DNA of 64,000 nucleotides, from NCBI GenBank assembly GCA_964442455.1, contig CAYTZB010000006.1:9532-73531 (forward strand), given 5' to 3'. Source of the stretch: an uncultured Gammaproteobacteria bacterium. Lineage in GTDB: Bacteria > Patescibacteriota > Microgenomatia > UBA8517 > JACQJR01. How positions within the stretch are numbered: position 1 is the first letter of the stretch; each line of letters opens with the position of its first letter. The notes below the pieces were generated by a model. It did no database searches, was not told where the DNA came from, and saw only the letters and a program-made list of their open reading frames with translations. A program made the position numbers and the translations under genes. Below are positions 63,886-64,000 of the stretch, piece after piece.

Positions 63886-64000
63886 AAAGAAATGAAGAAT
63901 CAGAGGAACCTAAGGTTCCCGAAACAGAGGATGGAGGAATTGATTTAGATGATCCTTTTGTGAAGCTTTTTAGAAGATTTATGCTTGAGAGCATCGCGCG
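63886..64000 (+). CDS. Hypothetical acidic protein, 5' part only (runs off window)
   Basis: MALERNEESEEPKVPETEDGG... open to the window end. Confidence 0.3.

Noticed and set aside
1-64000. Alternative genetic code (TGA=Gly, code 25) suggested by the in-frame TGA at 42659
   Set aside because: Many well-supported genes here terminate with TGA (smpB, virB4 and neighbours). A single internal TGA inside a decaying island is better explained by a nonsense mutation.

Overview
This 64 kb window looks like the chromosomal origin region of a small-genome bacterium. Gene content suggests Candidate Phyla Radiation / Patescibacteria, but that is an inference, not a demonstrated placement. TGA is used as a normal stop codon (for example smpB), so the standard code applies. 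The origin is clear: rpmH-rnpA-yidD-yidC-jag on the minus strand diverge from dnaA-dnaN on the plus strand, with one perfect DnaA box upstream of dnaA and three 1-mismatch boxes in the dnaA-dnaN spacer. The main accessory feature is a type IV secretion (T4SS)-like pilus or DNA-translocation locus at 5.5-24.6 kb, directly beside oriC. It holds a VirB4 ATPase, a VirB3-like membrane protein, a VirB6/TrbL-like polytopic protein, a VirB1-like lytic transglycosylase and a SpoIID/LytB protein. It also holds seven tandem VirB2/TrbC-like pilin paralogs plus a 351-aa protein ending in the same pilin domain, a membrane protein with an extracytoplasmic HEGGH zincin domain, and an 801-aa orphan protein. 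No relaxase or coupling protein is present in the window. The next block contains smpB with tmRNA (no encoded CCA, 8-nt overlap with smpB) and comFC. It is followed by a dense cluster of four tRNA-Ser isoacceptors and two tRNA-Arg genes interleaved with three NUDIX hydrolase paralogs and a 36-bp tandem repeat, then dnaG-rpoD and a PlsC-like acyltransferase. A GIY-YIG nuclease ORF sits between a degenerate tRNA-Asn 5' half and an intact tRNA-Asn. Immediately downstream is an AT-rich island of about 8.4 kb (roughly 35.8-44.2 kb) with orphan, secreted and membrane proteins and a TGA-interrupted YdeN/RBBP9-like hydrolase. The distal third carries core metabolism: ZupT, CcdA, a cupredoxin, an NrdH-like glutaredoxin, archaeal-type TIM, RpiB, PGK, GAPDH, Rpe, a LOG-family protein, split transketolase, class I aldolase, a PfkB kinase and a 2-hydroxyacid dehydrogenase. 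Several intergenic spacers contain a repeated AATTAG/CTAATT inverted-repeat element that looks like a miniature mobile or REP-like unit. No CRISPR array and no rRNA genes were found.
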